Assembly (NCBI GenBank): GCA_964483425.1
Contig: CAZABE010000064.1
Span: 1-61,111, forward strand
Source of the DNA: an uncultured Isosphaeraceae bacterium
GTDB lineage: Bacteria; Planctomycetota; Phycisphaerae; Phycisphaerales; SM1A02
DNA: 61,111 nt
Reading direction: 5' to 3'
Part shown: positions 37,937 through 46,268 of the stretch, piece by piece
Position numbering within the stretch: position 1 is the first letter of the stretch
Layout of the letters: each line of letters starts with the position of its first letter
The notes under the pieces: generated by a model
Database searches by the model: none
What the model saw: the letters and a program-made list of their open reading frames with translations, nothing else
What the model was told of the DNA's origin: nothing
Position numbers and translations under genes: made by a program

Positions 37937-38209
37937 ATGGCTACCGTATCAAAAACAGTAAAAATCACAAATCGGCTCGGCATGCATGCACGCCCTGCTA
38001 TGTTATTTGCTGAAATTGCTGGAAAATTTTCTGCAGCAATTACTGTCGGCCACAAAGAGAGTGATCAAGTAGATGCAAAATCCATAATGCAACTCATGAT
38101 GCTCGCTGCAACTGAAGGTACGTCATTAACAATTCACGCTGACGGGGATGACGCGGATACTGCAATCTCAGAACTCGTCTCTCTAGTCCAATCCGGTTTC
38201 AACGAGTAA
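37937..38209 (+). CDS. HPr/NPr phosphocarrier protein
   Basis: NRLGMHARPA (His-15 site) and DAKSIMQLM (Ser-46-type site). Confidence 0.85.
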   Translation: MATVSKTVKITNRLGMHARPAMLFAEIAGKFSAAITVGHKESDQVDAKSIMQLMMLAATEGTSLTIHADGDDADTAISELVSLVQSGFNE

Positions 38210-38229
38210 ACAATCCCGCGGATCGTTTA
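38207..38229. repeat. palindromic element copy (taaacaatcccgcggatcgttta)
   Basis: The first TAA is the HPr stop codon. A further half element gggtcgttta at 38237-38246 contains the gpsA stop on the minus strand. Confidence 0.8.
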
Positions 38230-38243
38230 TAGAAGAGGGTCGT

Positions 38244-39245
38244 TTACCTACGAAGTTGTTCCGCGCGTAAGTCGCGTGACATCAATGACTTAATCGCATC
38301 CTGCAAAGGCAATTCCTCGTAAAGAACGCTATACATTGCATTTGCTATTGGCATATCAACTGCAAGTTCTTCCGCTAGAGAGTGGACTGCTTTTGTTGTA
38401 GCAACGCCCTCTACCACAGAGCCCATGGTTTCAGTTATTGTTTTTAGGTCCTCGCCCTTGCCGAGCCGCTCGCCACACGTTCGGTTCCTGCCATACGGGC
38501 TAAAACAAGTTGTCGCCAAATCACCAACACCTGCAATCCCAAAGAATGTTTCTAATTGAGCACCAAGTGATACACCTAAGCGTGATATTTCTGCAAGCCC
38601 CCTTGCAAGCATTGCTGATTTTGCGTTATCACCTAGGTCCATTCCGTCACAAATCCCCGCTGCAATCGCGACTACATTTTTTAGTGCACCAGCGAGTTCA
38701 ACTCCTAGTGGATCCCCATGTGTATAAATACGAAGCCAAGGTACATCAAATAAATCTTGTACTTGTTTTGCAACTGCACTATCAATCGAACTTGCAACCA
38801 TAGCAGCAGGTTGCCTCTGAACTAATTCGGTTGCGATGGTTGGTCCAGATAATACGCATGTGCAGTGTTCTCCTTGCACAACATCTTCTATAACTTGTGT
38901 AGGCAAAAGATTTGTCCCAACTTCGATGCCTTTGGCAACACATGCAATCGGAACACCATCTTCAATTGATGAAGACAAACCACTCCAAACGTCACGAATG
39001 AACTGGGTTGGAATAGCATTCAATGCAACATCAACATCTGAAAAAACCTCATCTGCGTTTGGGGTAACTCTGATTGAATCAGACAATGTAAAGTTAAGCA
39101 ATCGTCCTGATTTTCGCCTCTGTGCAAGATCATCGACATGGCTTGGAAAAGGACCCCATAACTTCACATTTGACCCCCTAGCAGACAGTGCATCGGCCAT
39201 CACAAGTCCCATTTGCCCATCACCAATTACAGCTATCGTAGTCAT
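38244..39245 (-). CDS. gpsA: NAD(P)H-dependent glycerol-3-phosphate dehydrogenase
   Basis: Motifs IAVIGDGQMG and GALKNVVAIAAG, and a C-terminus typical of GpsA. Confidence 0.9.
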   Translation of the reverse strand: MTTIAVIGDGQMGLVMADALSARGSNVKLWGPFPSHVDDLAQRRKSGRLLNFTLSDSIRVTPNADEVFSDVDVALNAIPTQFIRDVWSGLSSSIEDGVPIACVAKGIEVGTNLLPTQVIEDVVQGEHCTCVLSGPTIATELVQRQPAAMVASSIDSAVAKQVQDLFDVPWLRIYTHGDPLGVELAGALKNVVAIAAGICDGMDLGDNAKSAMLARGLAEISRLGVSLGAQLETFFGIAGVGDLATTCFSPYGRNRTCGERLGKGEDLKTITETMGSVVEGVATTKAVHSLAEELAVDMPIANAMYSVLYEELPLQDAIKSLMSRDLRAEQLRR

Positions 39246-39332
39246 AGTACTCTTACTCTCGTTGAGCTCATATATCGCATAAGATTACTTGAATCCTACA
39301 CGAACAATACGCCCTAAATAGGGCTATAGTAG

Positions 39333-39354
39333 GAAGGAATCACGAAGGAATCAC
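39333..39354. repeat. tandem 11-mer gaaggaatcac x2 immediately upstream of the ATPase start
   Basis: Read directly; ends 5 nt before ATG 39360. May simply contain the RBS. Confidence 0.8.
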
Positions 39355-39359
39355 ATTTT

Positions 39360-41366
39360 ATGCCCGAAACTGCTCATAACGATCAACCAAACCAATCTGG
39401 CACCATGGAAGGCGCACAAAAACTAGAGAGACGACTCCTCATTGCTCTTGGTGGTGGTGTTCTACTAGCGGTTTCATGGATAGGGCATCTTCTTGGTTCC
39501 CATTCCCTGATAGCGCAAATACCCGCCGCAATCGGAGCAATCATTCTGGTAATTCCGCTTCTTTCAGGAGCTTGGAATGAAATCAAAGAAGGAAAGCCTG
39601 CGAGCGATTCACTTGCATCATTAGCGGTTGTCGCTGCCCTATCAGCTGATATGTATTTGGCTGCTGGTTTTCTCGCTCTCTTTCTTTGGATGGCAAATCT
39701 CATTTTAAGCCGGACTGCTTGGGGAGCACAACGCGCCATAAGAGACCTTGTTGATTTAACTCCAAAACAAGCTCGACTTATTGAAGGCGGGAATGAGAAA
39801 TCCGTAGCAATGAAAGACATTGCTATCGGAATGATTGTGAGAATTCGCCCAGGTGAAAACTTGCCAGTCGACGGTAGAATAGTTACTGGAAATTCCGATA
39901 TTAATCAGGCTTCTCTAACTGGCGAAGCTGTTCCAATAGAAGTTGAGGTTGGTACTGATGTTTATGCAGGCACTACAAACTTAACTGGTCAAATAGACGT
40001 TCAAGTAACCGCAGTTGCCGCAGAAACAACAATCGGAAAAGTAGAGTCACTCATTCGAGAAGCTGAATCAACTCGAACTCAAAAACAAGAACTAATCGAA
40101 CAACTCGCATCCTACTACTTTTCAATCGTGGTTATGGTTGCTGCTGTTGTCTGGTTCTTTACAAGCCGAAGTGCTGACGAAGTGGTTCGAAGTGATGCGG
40201 CTGTCCGCGCAATTACAGTTCTCGTCGTCACTTGCCCAGGTGGACTATTAATTGCTCATCCAACCGCAATGGTTGCTGCATTCGCGGCTGCTGCACGTCT
40301 TGGCATCATGATTAAACATACGATGACGCTAGAGACAGCTGCTGGTATTGATACTGTAATCATGGACAAAACCGGCACACTCACAACTGGCAATTTCGCT
40401 GTGAGTCGTCTTGCTCCCGCAGAAGGTGTCGAAGGTGCTATTCTTTTACAAGCTGCTGCTGATGCTGAACAACATTCCAATCACCCTTTAGCAAAGTCCA
40501 TCTTAGAGACCGCAAACCAAGCAAACATTACTCCCGAAAATGTTGAAAACTATGAGGAAGTTCATGGTCAGGGAGTTATTGCTCATACCGCAAACAGTGA
40601 CATCTACGCAGGTCGCGGTGCATGGCTAGAGGGATTGAATAACGCAATCTCCACTCAAGTCAAAGCGGTTTCATCAAAAATCGAAGGTATGTCAAGCGTT
40701 CACATCATGCTTGGTTCTCAATACTTAGGAGCAGTAGGACTTGAAGATAAACTTCGCCCACATGCAGCAGAGGCAGTAGAAGATATGAGAAGGCACGGAG
40801 TTCGTCACGTCTCGATTTTCACTGGTGACCGATTTGATGTAGCAAAACGTGTCGCACAATCCGTTGGCGTTGATGCCATTGAAGCAGAATGCCTACCTGA
40901 AGAAAAACACGAAGAACTTAAATATCTCATTAATCGTGGCCACAGCACTCTAGTTGTTGGCGATGGTATTAACGATGGTCCTATCCTCGCTACAGCAGAT
41001 GTTGGTGTTGCAATGGGTTTGAGCGGTTCAGATATCGCTACAAATAGTGCGGGTGTTGCTTTAATGAATGATGACCTTCGAAACATCCCGTTTTTGATTT
41101 CACTTGCTCGCAAAACAAAGAGCGTAATCGGTCAAAATATAGGAGCATCACTTGTACTTGCAATCGTTGGATTAGCTCTTGCTGCTACAGGCAATATCAA
41201 TATCTGGGTTACACCTTTTTATTATGCTCTTGGCTACGTTGTTGTTATTGCAAACAGTTTACGTCTAATCCGATTCGGTGAGGAGTTTACATCCGTCGTA
41301 GAGTCGCAGCGAAAAATGGAAGAATCACGAGTCCATAAACCAGTACGGCAAATCGCAACAAGTTAA
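39360..41366 (+). CDS. P1B-like (heavy-metal type) P-type ATPase with an atypical CPG transmembrane motif
   Basis: Motifs TGEAVP, DKTGTLT and VGDGINDGP. Four TM segments precede the actuator domain. VVTCPGGLLIAHPTA occupies the position of the usual CPC...ATPTA. No CxxC metal-binding domain at the N-terminus. Confidence 0.8.
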   Translation: MPETAHNDQPNQSGTMEGAQKLERRLLIALGGGVLLAVSWIGHLLGSHSLIAQIPAAIGAIILVIPLLSGAWNEIKEGKPASDSLASLAVVAALSADMYLAAGFLALFLWMANLILSRTAWGAQRAIRDLVDLTPKQARLIEGGNEKSVAMKDIAIGMIVRIRPGENLPVDGRIVTGNSDINQASLTGEAVPIEVEVGTDVYAGTTNLTGQIDVQVTAVAAETTIGKVESLIREAESTRTQKQELIEQLASYYFSIVVMVAAVVWFFTSRSADEVVRSDAAVRAITVLVVTCPGGLLIAHPTAMVAAFAAAARLGIMIKHTMTLETAAGIDTVIMDKTGTLTTGNFAVSRLAPAEGVEGAILLQAAADAEQHSNHPLAKSILETANQANITPENVENYEEVHGQGVIAHTANSDIYAGRGAWLEGLNNAISTQVKAVSSKIEGMSSVHIMLGSQYLGAVGLEDKLRPHAAEAVEDMRRHGVRHVSIFTGDRFDVAKRVAQSVGVDAIEAECLPEEKHEELKYLINRGHSTLVVGDGINDGPILATADVGVAMGLSGSDIATNSAGVALMNDDLRNIPFLISLARKTKSVIGQNIGASLVLAIVGLALAATGNINIWVTPFYYALGYVVVIANSLRLIRFGEEFTSVVESQRKMEESRVHKPVRQIATS

Positions 41367-41374
41367 TAGAATCG

Positions 41375-42448
41375 TTATGCGATTGTAATCGACTCGTCTA
41401 GGAAGACGTCTTGAATTGCACCAAGTAGTTGAACACCATCTTTCATTGGACGTTGGAATGCTTTGCGACCTGAAATAAGACCACAGCCACCTGCACGTTT
41501 ATTGATAACTGCTGTTTGTACTGCTTGAGCAAAATCGTTTTCGCCAGAAGCGCCACCTGAGTTAATCAAACCACAACGTCCGCTGTAGCAGTTTAGTACT
41601 TGATACCGACATAAATCAATTGGGTGGTCAGTACATAAATCGTCATACATTCCCTTATGGAATTTACCAAACGATGTGCCGTTTTCGTTCATTGCAACAT
41701 AGCCACCATTGTTCGTTGCTTGCTTTTGTTTGATAATATCAGCTTCGATTGTTACCCCGAGATGATTTGCTTGTCCAGTCAAATCCGCTGACGCATGGTA
41801 ATCCGTACCGTTTACTTTGAAATCACTATTGCGTAAGTAACACCAAAGTACCGTCGCCATTCCAAGTTCGTGCGCCAACTGAAATGCGTGTGCAACCTCT
41901 TGGATTTGTCTGCTAGATTCTTCTGACCCATAGTAAATCGTAGCGCCGACTGCTGCCGCACCAAGATTCCATGCCTCCTCAACAGTTCCAAACATAATTT
42001 GGTCGAAATTGTTTGGGCTTGTCATCAGTTCATTGTGATTTATTTTGACAATGAATGGAATTTTATGAGCGTAATCCCTTGCAACTGTACCAAGGACGCC
42101 AAAAGTAGATGCAACTGCATTACAACCTCCCTCAACTGCGAGATCAATAATATTTGAGGGGTCAAAGTAGAGTGGGTTTGGTGTAAAAGATGCTCCTCCA
42201 GAGTGTTCAATTCCTTGGTCAACAGGAAGAATTGAAAGATATCCCGATCCACCAAGACGACCGTGATTGTAAATCGAGGAGAGGTTGCGTAATACTTGCG
42301 GATTGCGGTCACTATTTTTCCACGTTCTATCAACAAAATCACAACCGGGCAGATGAAGTAAATCAGAGGAAACCTTCGCCTTATATGAAAGAAGGTTTTC
42401 TGCCTCTGATCCAAGATATTCAGTAGTTGAAGTCATAGTTAAAGTCAT
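41375..42448 (-). CDS. class I fructose-bisphosphate aldolase (FbaB/DhnA-like)
   Basis: Size ~357 aa. The N-terminus [20 protein letters not shown] and overall pattern resemble the FbaB family. Confidence 0.65.
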   Translation of the reverse strand: MTLTMTSTTEYLGSEAENLLSYKAKVSSDLLHLPGCDFVDRTWKNSDRNPQVLRNLSSIYNHGRLGGSGYLSILPVDQGIEHSGGASFTPNPLYFDPSNIIDLAVEGGCNAVASTFGVLGTVARDYAHKIPFIVKINHNELMTSPNNFDQIMFGTVEEAWNLGAAAVGATIYYGSEESSRQIQEVAHAFQLAHELGMATVLWCYLRNSDFKVNGTDYHASADLTGQANHLGVTIEADIIKQKQATNNGGYVAMNENGTSFGKFHKGMYDDLCTDHPIDLCRYQVLNCYSGRCGLINSGGASGENDFAQAVQTAVINKRAGGCGLISGRKAFQRPMKDGVQLLGAIQDVFLDESITIA

Positions 42449-42498
42449 AATTGTCTCCTGTTTAAGAGGAACATTATATCAACTTAGGGTGTACTAAG

Positions 42499-44067
42499 TC
42501 AGATGCAAACCGCCTGTCCATCACGACGCGAATCGCTCGCTCCTGCATACCCATCGTCGATTCCCTGCACAATTTGTCCACCCCCAAATTCAACCGATCT
42601 CTTCGTTGCAACTGTAAGTTCGTGTCCCTTTTCTCTCAACGACTCATATACCTCGTTTGAAAATCCCGGCTCAATTCCAACCCTTGCATCGCCTAACAAT
42701 TTCCACCTCGGTGCATCAAGTGCTGCCTGAGGATTTTGGTTTCCAAATACTAACCGGTTAACTACTTGCAGATGTCCTTGGGGCTGCATCGGTCCGCCCA
42801 TAACACCAAAAGGAGTTCGCCTATTTCCTTGCTCAAGAAAACCGGGAATAATTGTATGAAACGGTCTCTTGTTTGGACCTATCGTGTTTGGATGATTTGG
42901 CTCAAGAGAAAAACCACGACCACGATTCTGAAGTGCAATTCCAGTCCTTGGGACTACCATACCAGAACCAAACCCCTCAAAATTACTTTGTATAAATGAA
43001 CACTGCATTCCGTTTGCATCCCCAGTTGCAAGGTAAACAGTTGAGGAATACCTAGGTATTGCATTTGTATCAATTTGAGATGCTTCGTTAGTAATAGTTG
43101 CACAATGATGTTTGATTCTGGCATCATCTAATAAGTCGCAACAATCACCAGAAATTTCAGGATCAGCAACAAACGTATGTGCATCTGCAAACGCCCTCTT
43201 CATCGCTTCAATTTGTATATGTAAAACATTTGGGTTGTCACATTGAGATAAATCTGCTCCCATCTCTTGCACAATTTTCATTGCAATTAATGCAGCAATT
43301 CCCTGACCATTTGGAGGTAATTCATAAAATGTTGCACCTCCAACATCGATAGATAATGGTGTAACCCATGAACTTTCGTGAGCCGCTAAATCCTCCTTGC
43401 GAAGAAATCCACCACCCTCCTTTGCTGCTTTGTCAATCTGCTGTGCAAGATCCCCTGTGTAAAACGATGCACCATTCGTCTGTGCTATTTCTTCAAGCGT
43501 ATTTGCATGATCTGGCAAAGTAATATATTGACCAACTTCTGGCGGCTTCCCATCAAACAAAAATGTCTCACACCACGATTGTTCGCCTCTGAACCTATCA
43601 GTACCACTCTGCCACCTTTGAGCGGTTTGTGTGGAAACCAAAAAACCGTTTCGTGCATACGAAATCGCTGGTGAAACAATTTGGCTCAGAGTCAAATTAC
43701 CGAAACGTTCATGGAGCATTATCCATGTTGCAACTGCACCTGGTACAGTCACAGGCAACCAGCCAACTGATGGAATCTCACCATCTAACGAATTTGGCAT
43801 GAGGGAAGGCGACTTTCCCGACCCGTTTATCCCGTAAATATTGTTGCCATCATGCACAATAGCAAACGCATCCCCACCTATTCCGTTGGCGCACGGTTCA
43901 ACAACTGTACTCGCAATTGCAGAAGCTAGTGCAGCATCCACTGCGTTTCCTCCAAGACGGAGCATTTCTAATCCCGCTTGTGAGGCTAGTGGTTGAGAAC
44001 AAGCAACAACATTTTTACCAAGGACTGCTTCTCTATTTGATGAATACGGGAGAGACCAATCCATCAT
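42499..44067 (-). CDS. ggt: gamma-glutamyltransferase family protein
   Basis: Motifs GGNAVDAA and GIGGDAF, nucleophile region SSTVYLATGD, and GVMGGPMQPQGH. Confidence 0.8.
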   Translation of the reverse strand: MMDWSLPYSSNREAVLGKNVVACSQPLASQAGLEMLRLGGNAVDAALASAIASTVVEPCANGIGGDAFAIVHDGNNIYGINGSGKSPSLMPNSLDGEIPSVGWLPVTVPGAVATWIMLHERFGNLTLSQIVSPAISYARNGFLVSTQTAQRWQSGTDRFRGEQSWCETFLFDGKPPEVGQYITLPDHANTLEEIAQTNGASFYTGDLAQQIDKAAKEGGGFLRKEDLAAHESSWVTPLSIDVGGATFYELPPNGQGIAALIAMKIVQEMGADLSQCDNPNVLHIQIEAMKRAFADAHTFVADPEISGDCCDLLDDARIKHHCATITNEASQIDTNAIPRYSSTVYLATGDANGMQCSFIQSNFEGFGSGMVVPRTGIALQNRGRGFSLEPNHPNTIGPNKRPFHTIIPGFLEQGNRRTPFGVMGGPMQPQGHLQVVNRLVFGNQNPQAALDAPRWKLLGDARVGIEPGFSNEVYESLREKGHELTVATKRSVEFGGGQIVQGIDDGYAGASDSRRDGQAVCI

Positions 44068-45149
44068 GCAACCTGCTCAATCCACCCACCACAAATAACT
44101 CTTGTTCCTTGATAACAAACAATCGCTTGTCCGGTTGCACCTCCTCGTTGCGGAGAATTGAATTTAACTTCAATTGTATCGTTCACCTTTCTAACTTTAC
44201 CAGAAGCCGGAGGAGAGTTGTATCGAATCTTAGCGGTGCAAGATAACCACTCTTCACTAGGGTCAATTAACCAATTTGTATCATTTGCAATAACGGTTTT
44301 CGTATTGAGCAACTCTTCACCACCAATTGTCACTGTATTCTTTATTGGATCTTTAGCAACAACGTACATCGGCTTGCTCAGCGCAATCCCGAGTCCTCTT
44401 CTCTGACCAATAGTGTATTTTTGCTGTCCTTCGTGTTGCCCAATTACGTTCCCGTCTGCATCAAGTACTTCGCCCTGCTTCAAACACTCTGGAGTTCTCT
44501 TTGCTATTAAATTTAGATAGTTATCATCAGGAACGAAACAAATTTCTTGTGAATCGGGCTTATCAAAGACAGGCAAATCAAATTCTTTTGCAAGATTACG
44601 AACTTCACTCTTTTGTAAGTGACCGATTGGTAACATCATTTCCCCAATACGTTCTTTGCTCGCTCCAAACAATACATAACTCTGGTCTTTGCCTTCATCT
44701 GCGCCCATGTGAAGTTCGTTGCTGTTTTTAATTTGGGCGTAATGACCCGAAGCAACAAACTCAGCACCGATTGAATTTGCATACTCATGTAATTTGCCAA
44801 ATTTTAGCCAATCGTTACACCGAATACATGGATTTGGGGTTCGTCCTGCATTGTACTCATCAACGAAATAATCAATAATTTTTCCAAAATCAGCTTTGAA
44901 ATCTAGAGCATAAAACGCCATTCCTAGTTTTGCACTTACGTGTCTTGCATCATGCGCATCATCAATCGAACAACACCCTTTATGTCCAATAGTAATTTCT
45001 TGTTCTACTTCATCGCCTACCGAACCAAGTCGCATAAAGCACCCTATGACTTCGTGGCCTTGCTGTGTCAATAACGCCGCTGCAACGGAAGAATCCACCC
45101 CGCCTGACATTGCCATTAAAACTTTTGCCATACGCACAGTGTACTCCAA
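44064..45149 (-). CDS. mnmA: tRNA 2-thiouridine(34) synthase
   Basis: PP-loop AMSGGVDSSVAA and CCSIDDAHDAR. An alternative start at ATG 45131 (MAKVLMAMSGG) is equally plausible. Confidence 0.9.
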   Translation of the reverse strand: MEYTVRMAKVLMAMSGGVDSSVAAALLTQQGHEVIGCFMRLGSVGDEVEQEITIGHKGCCSIDDAHDARHVSAKLGMAFYALDFKADFGKIIDYFVDEYNAGRTPNPCIRCNDWLKFGKLHEYANSIGAEFVASGHYAQIKNSNELHMGADEGKDQSYVLFGASKERIGEMMLPIGHLQKSEVRNLAKEFDLPVFDKPDSQEICFVPDDNYLNLIAKRTPECLKQGEVLDADGNVIGQHEGQQKYTIGQRRGLGIALSKPMYVVAKDPIKNTVTIGGEELLNTKTVIANDTNWLIDPSEEWLSCTAKIRYNSPPASGKVRKVNDTIEVKFNSPQRGGATGQAIVCYQGTRVICGGWIEQVA

Positions 45150-45171
45150 GTGACTGTCAAACTCCGCAGCA

Positions 45172-45196
45172 AGAAACGACCCGCGGGATTGTTTAC
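45172..45196. repeat. palindromic element, tandem copy 1 (agaaacgacccgcgggattgtttac)
   Basis: Identical to 45204-45228; located in the mnmA / RNase HII-like divergent intergenic region. Confidence 0.9.
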
Positions 45197-45203
45197 TAGA
45201 GAA

Positions 45204-45228
45204 AGAAACGACCCGCGGGATTGTTTAC
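45204..45228. repeat. palindromic element, tandem copy 2 (agaaacgacccgcgggattgtttac)
   Basis: Identical to 45172-45196; 32-bp period with a 7-nt spacer, tagagaa. Confidence 0.9.
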
Positions 45229-45270
45229 GAGTAGTCGGTTGCAGCCACACCCTCGTGTTATCATTTGGCT

Positions 45271-46233
45271 ATGCTTGTGTATGCAGGAATAGATGAAGCA
45301 GGTTATGGACCGATGTTTGGTCCGCTTTGCGTTGCATCTTCGGCATTTGAGTTACCTGATTACAACCCAAAAGATGGTGCTCCAGACATGTGGGCATTGC
45401 TCAACACTATTCTTTGCAAAAAGCGTAGAGACGCAAAACATAAAATCGCAATCAACGATTCAAAACAACTCAAATCGAATGCAAAGAACAAATCTCTTAC
45501 ACATCTTGAGCGAGGGGTATTTACGTTCATGTCTTCTATGGGACTCGCGCAACCGAAAACTGACGTCGACTTTTTTAAGGCACTTCAATGCGATATCGGG
45601 GAGTCAAGTTGGACACAATCATCAACTCTTTTGCCTGTTGGAAACGATACAAAACTGCTTCAAATTGATGCAGCGCAATTACAAAGGGTTCTATGTGAAG
45701 CAAACATTCAATGCAAACATCTCGCATGCACAGCAATAGATGCGAAGTTGTATAACAAAAGAACCACACACGCCAGTAAAGCAGCACTTAATTTCTCGAT
45801 TGCAATGCAACACGTCGATCAACTAATCAGAAAATTTCCAAATGAACATCCACGTATAATTATCGACCGCCATGGAGGTAAGGTGAAATACCGAAGTGAC
45901 CTCCAACTTTCTTGGCCAGAGGCAAAAATTCAAGTACTCATCGAAGACCAATTAATGAGTAGATATCGCTTGAATATTGACGGGATGAAGGCAACAATCA
46001 CCTTCGCATCCAAGAGTGATGAGAAGCATCTACCAGTAGCCCTTGCTTCAATGGTTGCGAAGTATTCACGTGAACTTTATATGTTGCGATTTAACAGATT
46101 TTTCCAATCAGAATTACCTGAATTAAAACCAACTGCGGGTTATGTTCAAGATGGTCGCCGTTTTCTCAAAGAAATCGAGCCAATTTTGGTAGAAAAAGGG
46201 ATAAAACACGAACTCATCGTCCGTTCTTCATAA
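45271..46233 (+). CDS. expanded RNase HII-family protein
   Basis: All four RNase HII motifs are recognisable: GIDEAGYGPMFGPLCV, INDSKQL, IIIDRHGG and SDEKHLPVALASMVAKYSRE. The protein is 320 aa, against roughly 200 for typical RNase HII. ATG 45271 preferred over the ORF-track TTG at 45265. Confidence 0.6.
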   Translation: MLVYAGIDEAGYGPMFGPLCVASSAFELPDYNPKDGAPDMWALLNTILCKKRRDAKHKIAINDSKQLKSNAKNKSLTHLERGVFTFMSSMGLAQPKTDVDFFKALQCDIGESSWTQSSTLLPVGNDTKLLQIDAAQLQRVLCEANIQCKHLACTAIDAKLYNKRTTHASKAALNFSIAMQHVDQLIRKFPNEHPRIIIDRHGGKVKYRSDLQLSWPEAKIQVLIEDQLMSRYRLNIDGMKATITFASKSDEKHLPVALASMVAKYSRELYMLRFNRFFQSELPELKPTAGYVQDGRRFLKEIEPILVEKGIKHELIVRSS

Positions 46234-46240
46234 AACACTA

Positions 46241-46268
46241 TTGACTAAGATTTTTTTTCGTATAAAAT
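46241..46268 (+). promoter_or_regulatory. sigma70-like promoter (TTGACT-N16-TAAAAT) about 275 nt upstream of fusA
   Basis: -35 at 46241-46246 and -10 at 46263-46268, read directly. Confidence 0.5.

Noticed and set aside
45172-45228. Tandem 25-nt repeats as a possible minimal CRISPR array
   Set aside because: There are only two repeats, the spacer is 7 nt, no cas genes are present, and the same sequence occurs singly at many other intergenic sites.
45293-45739. 148-aa alternative-frame ORF inside the RNase HII-like gene
   Set aside because: It lies on the same strand in a different frame within a gene whose frame carries all RNase HII motifs. No independent support exists.
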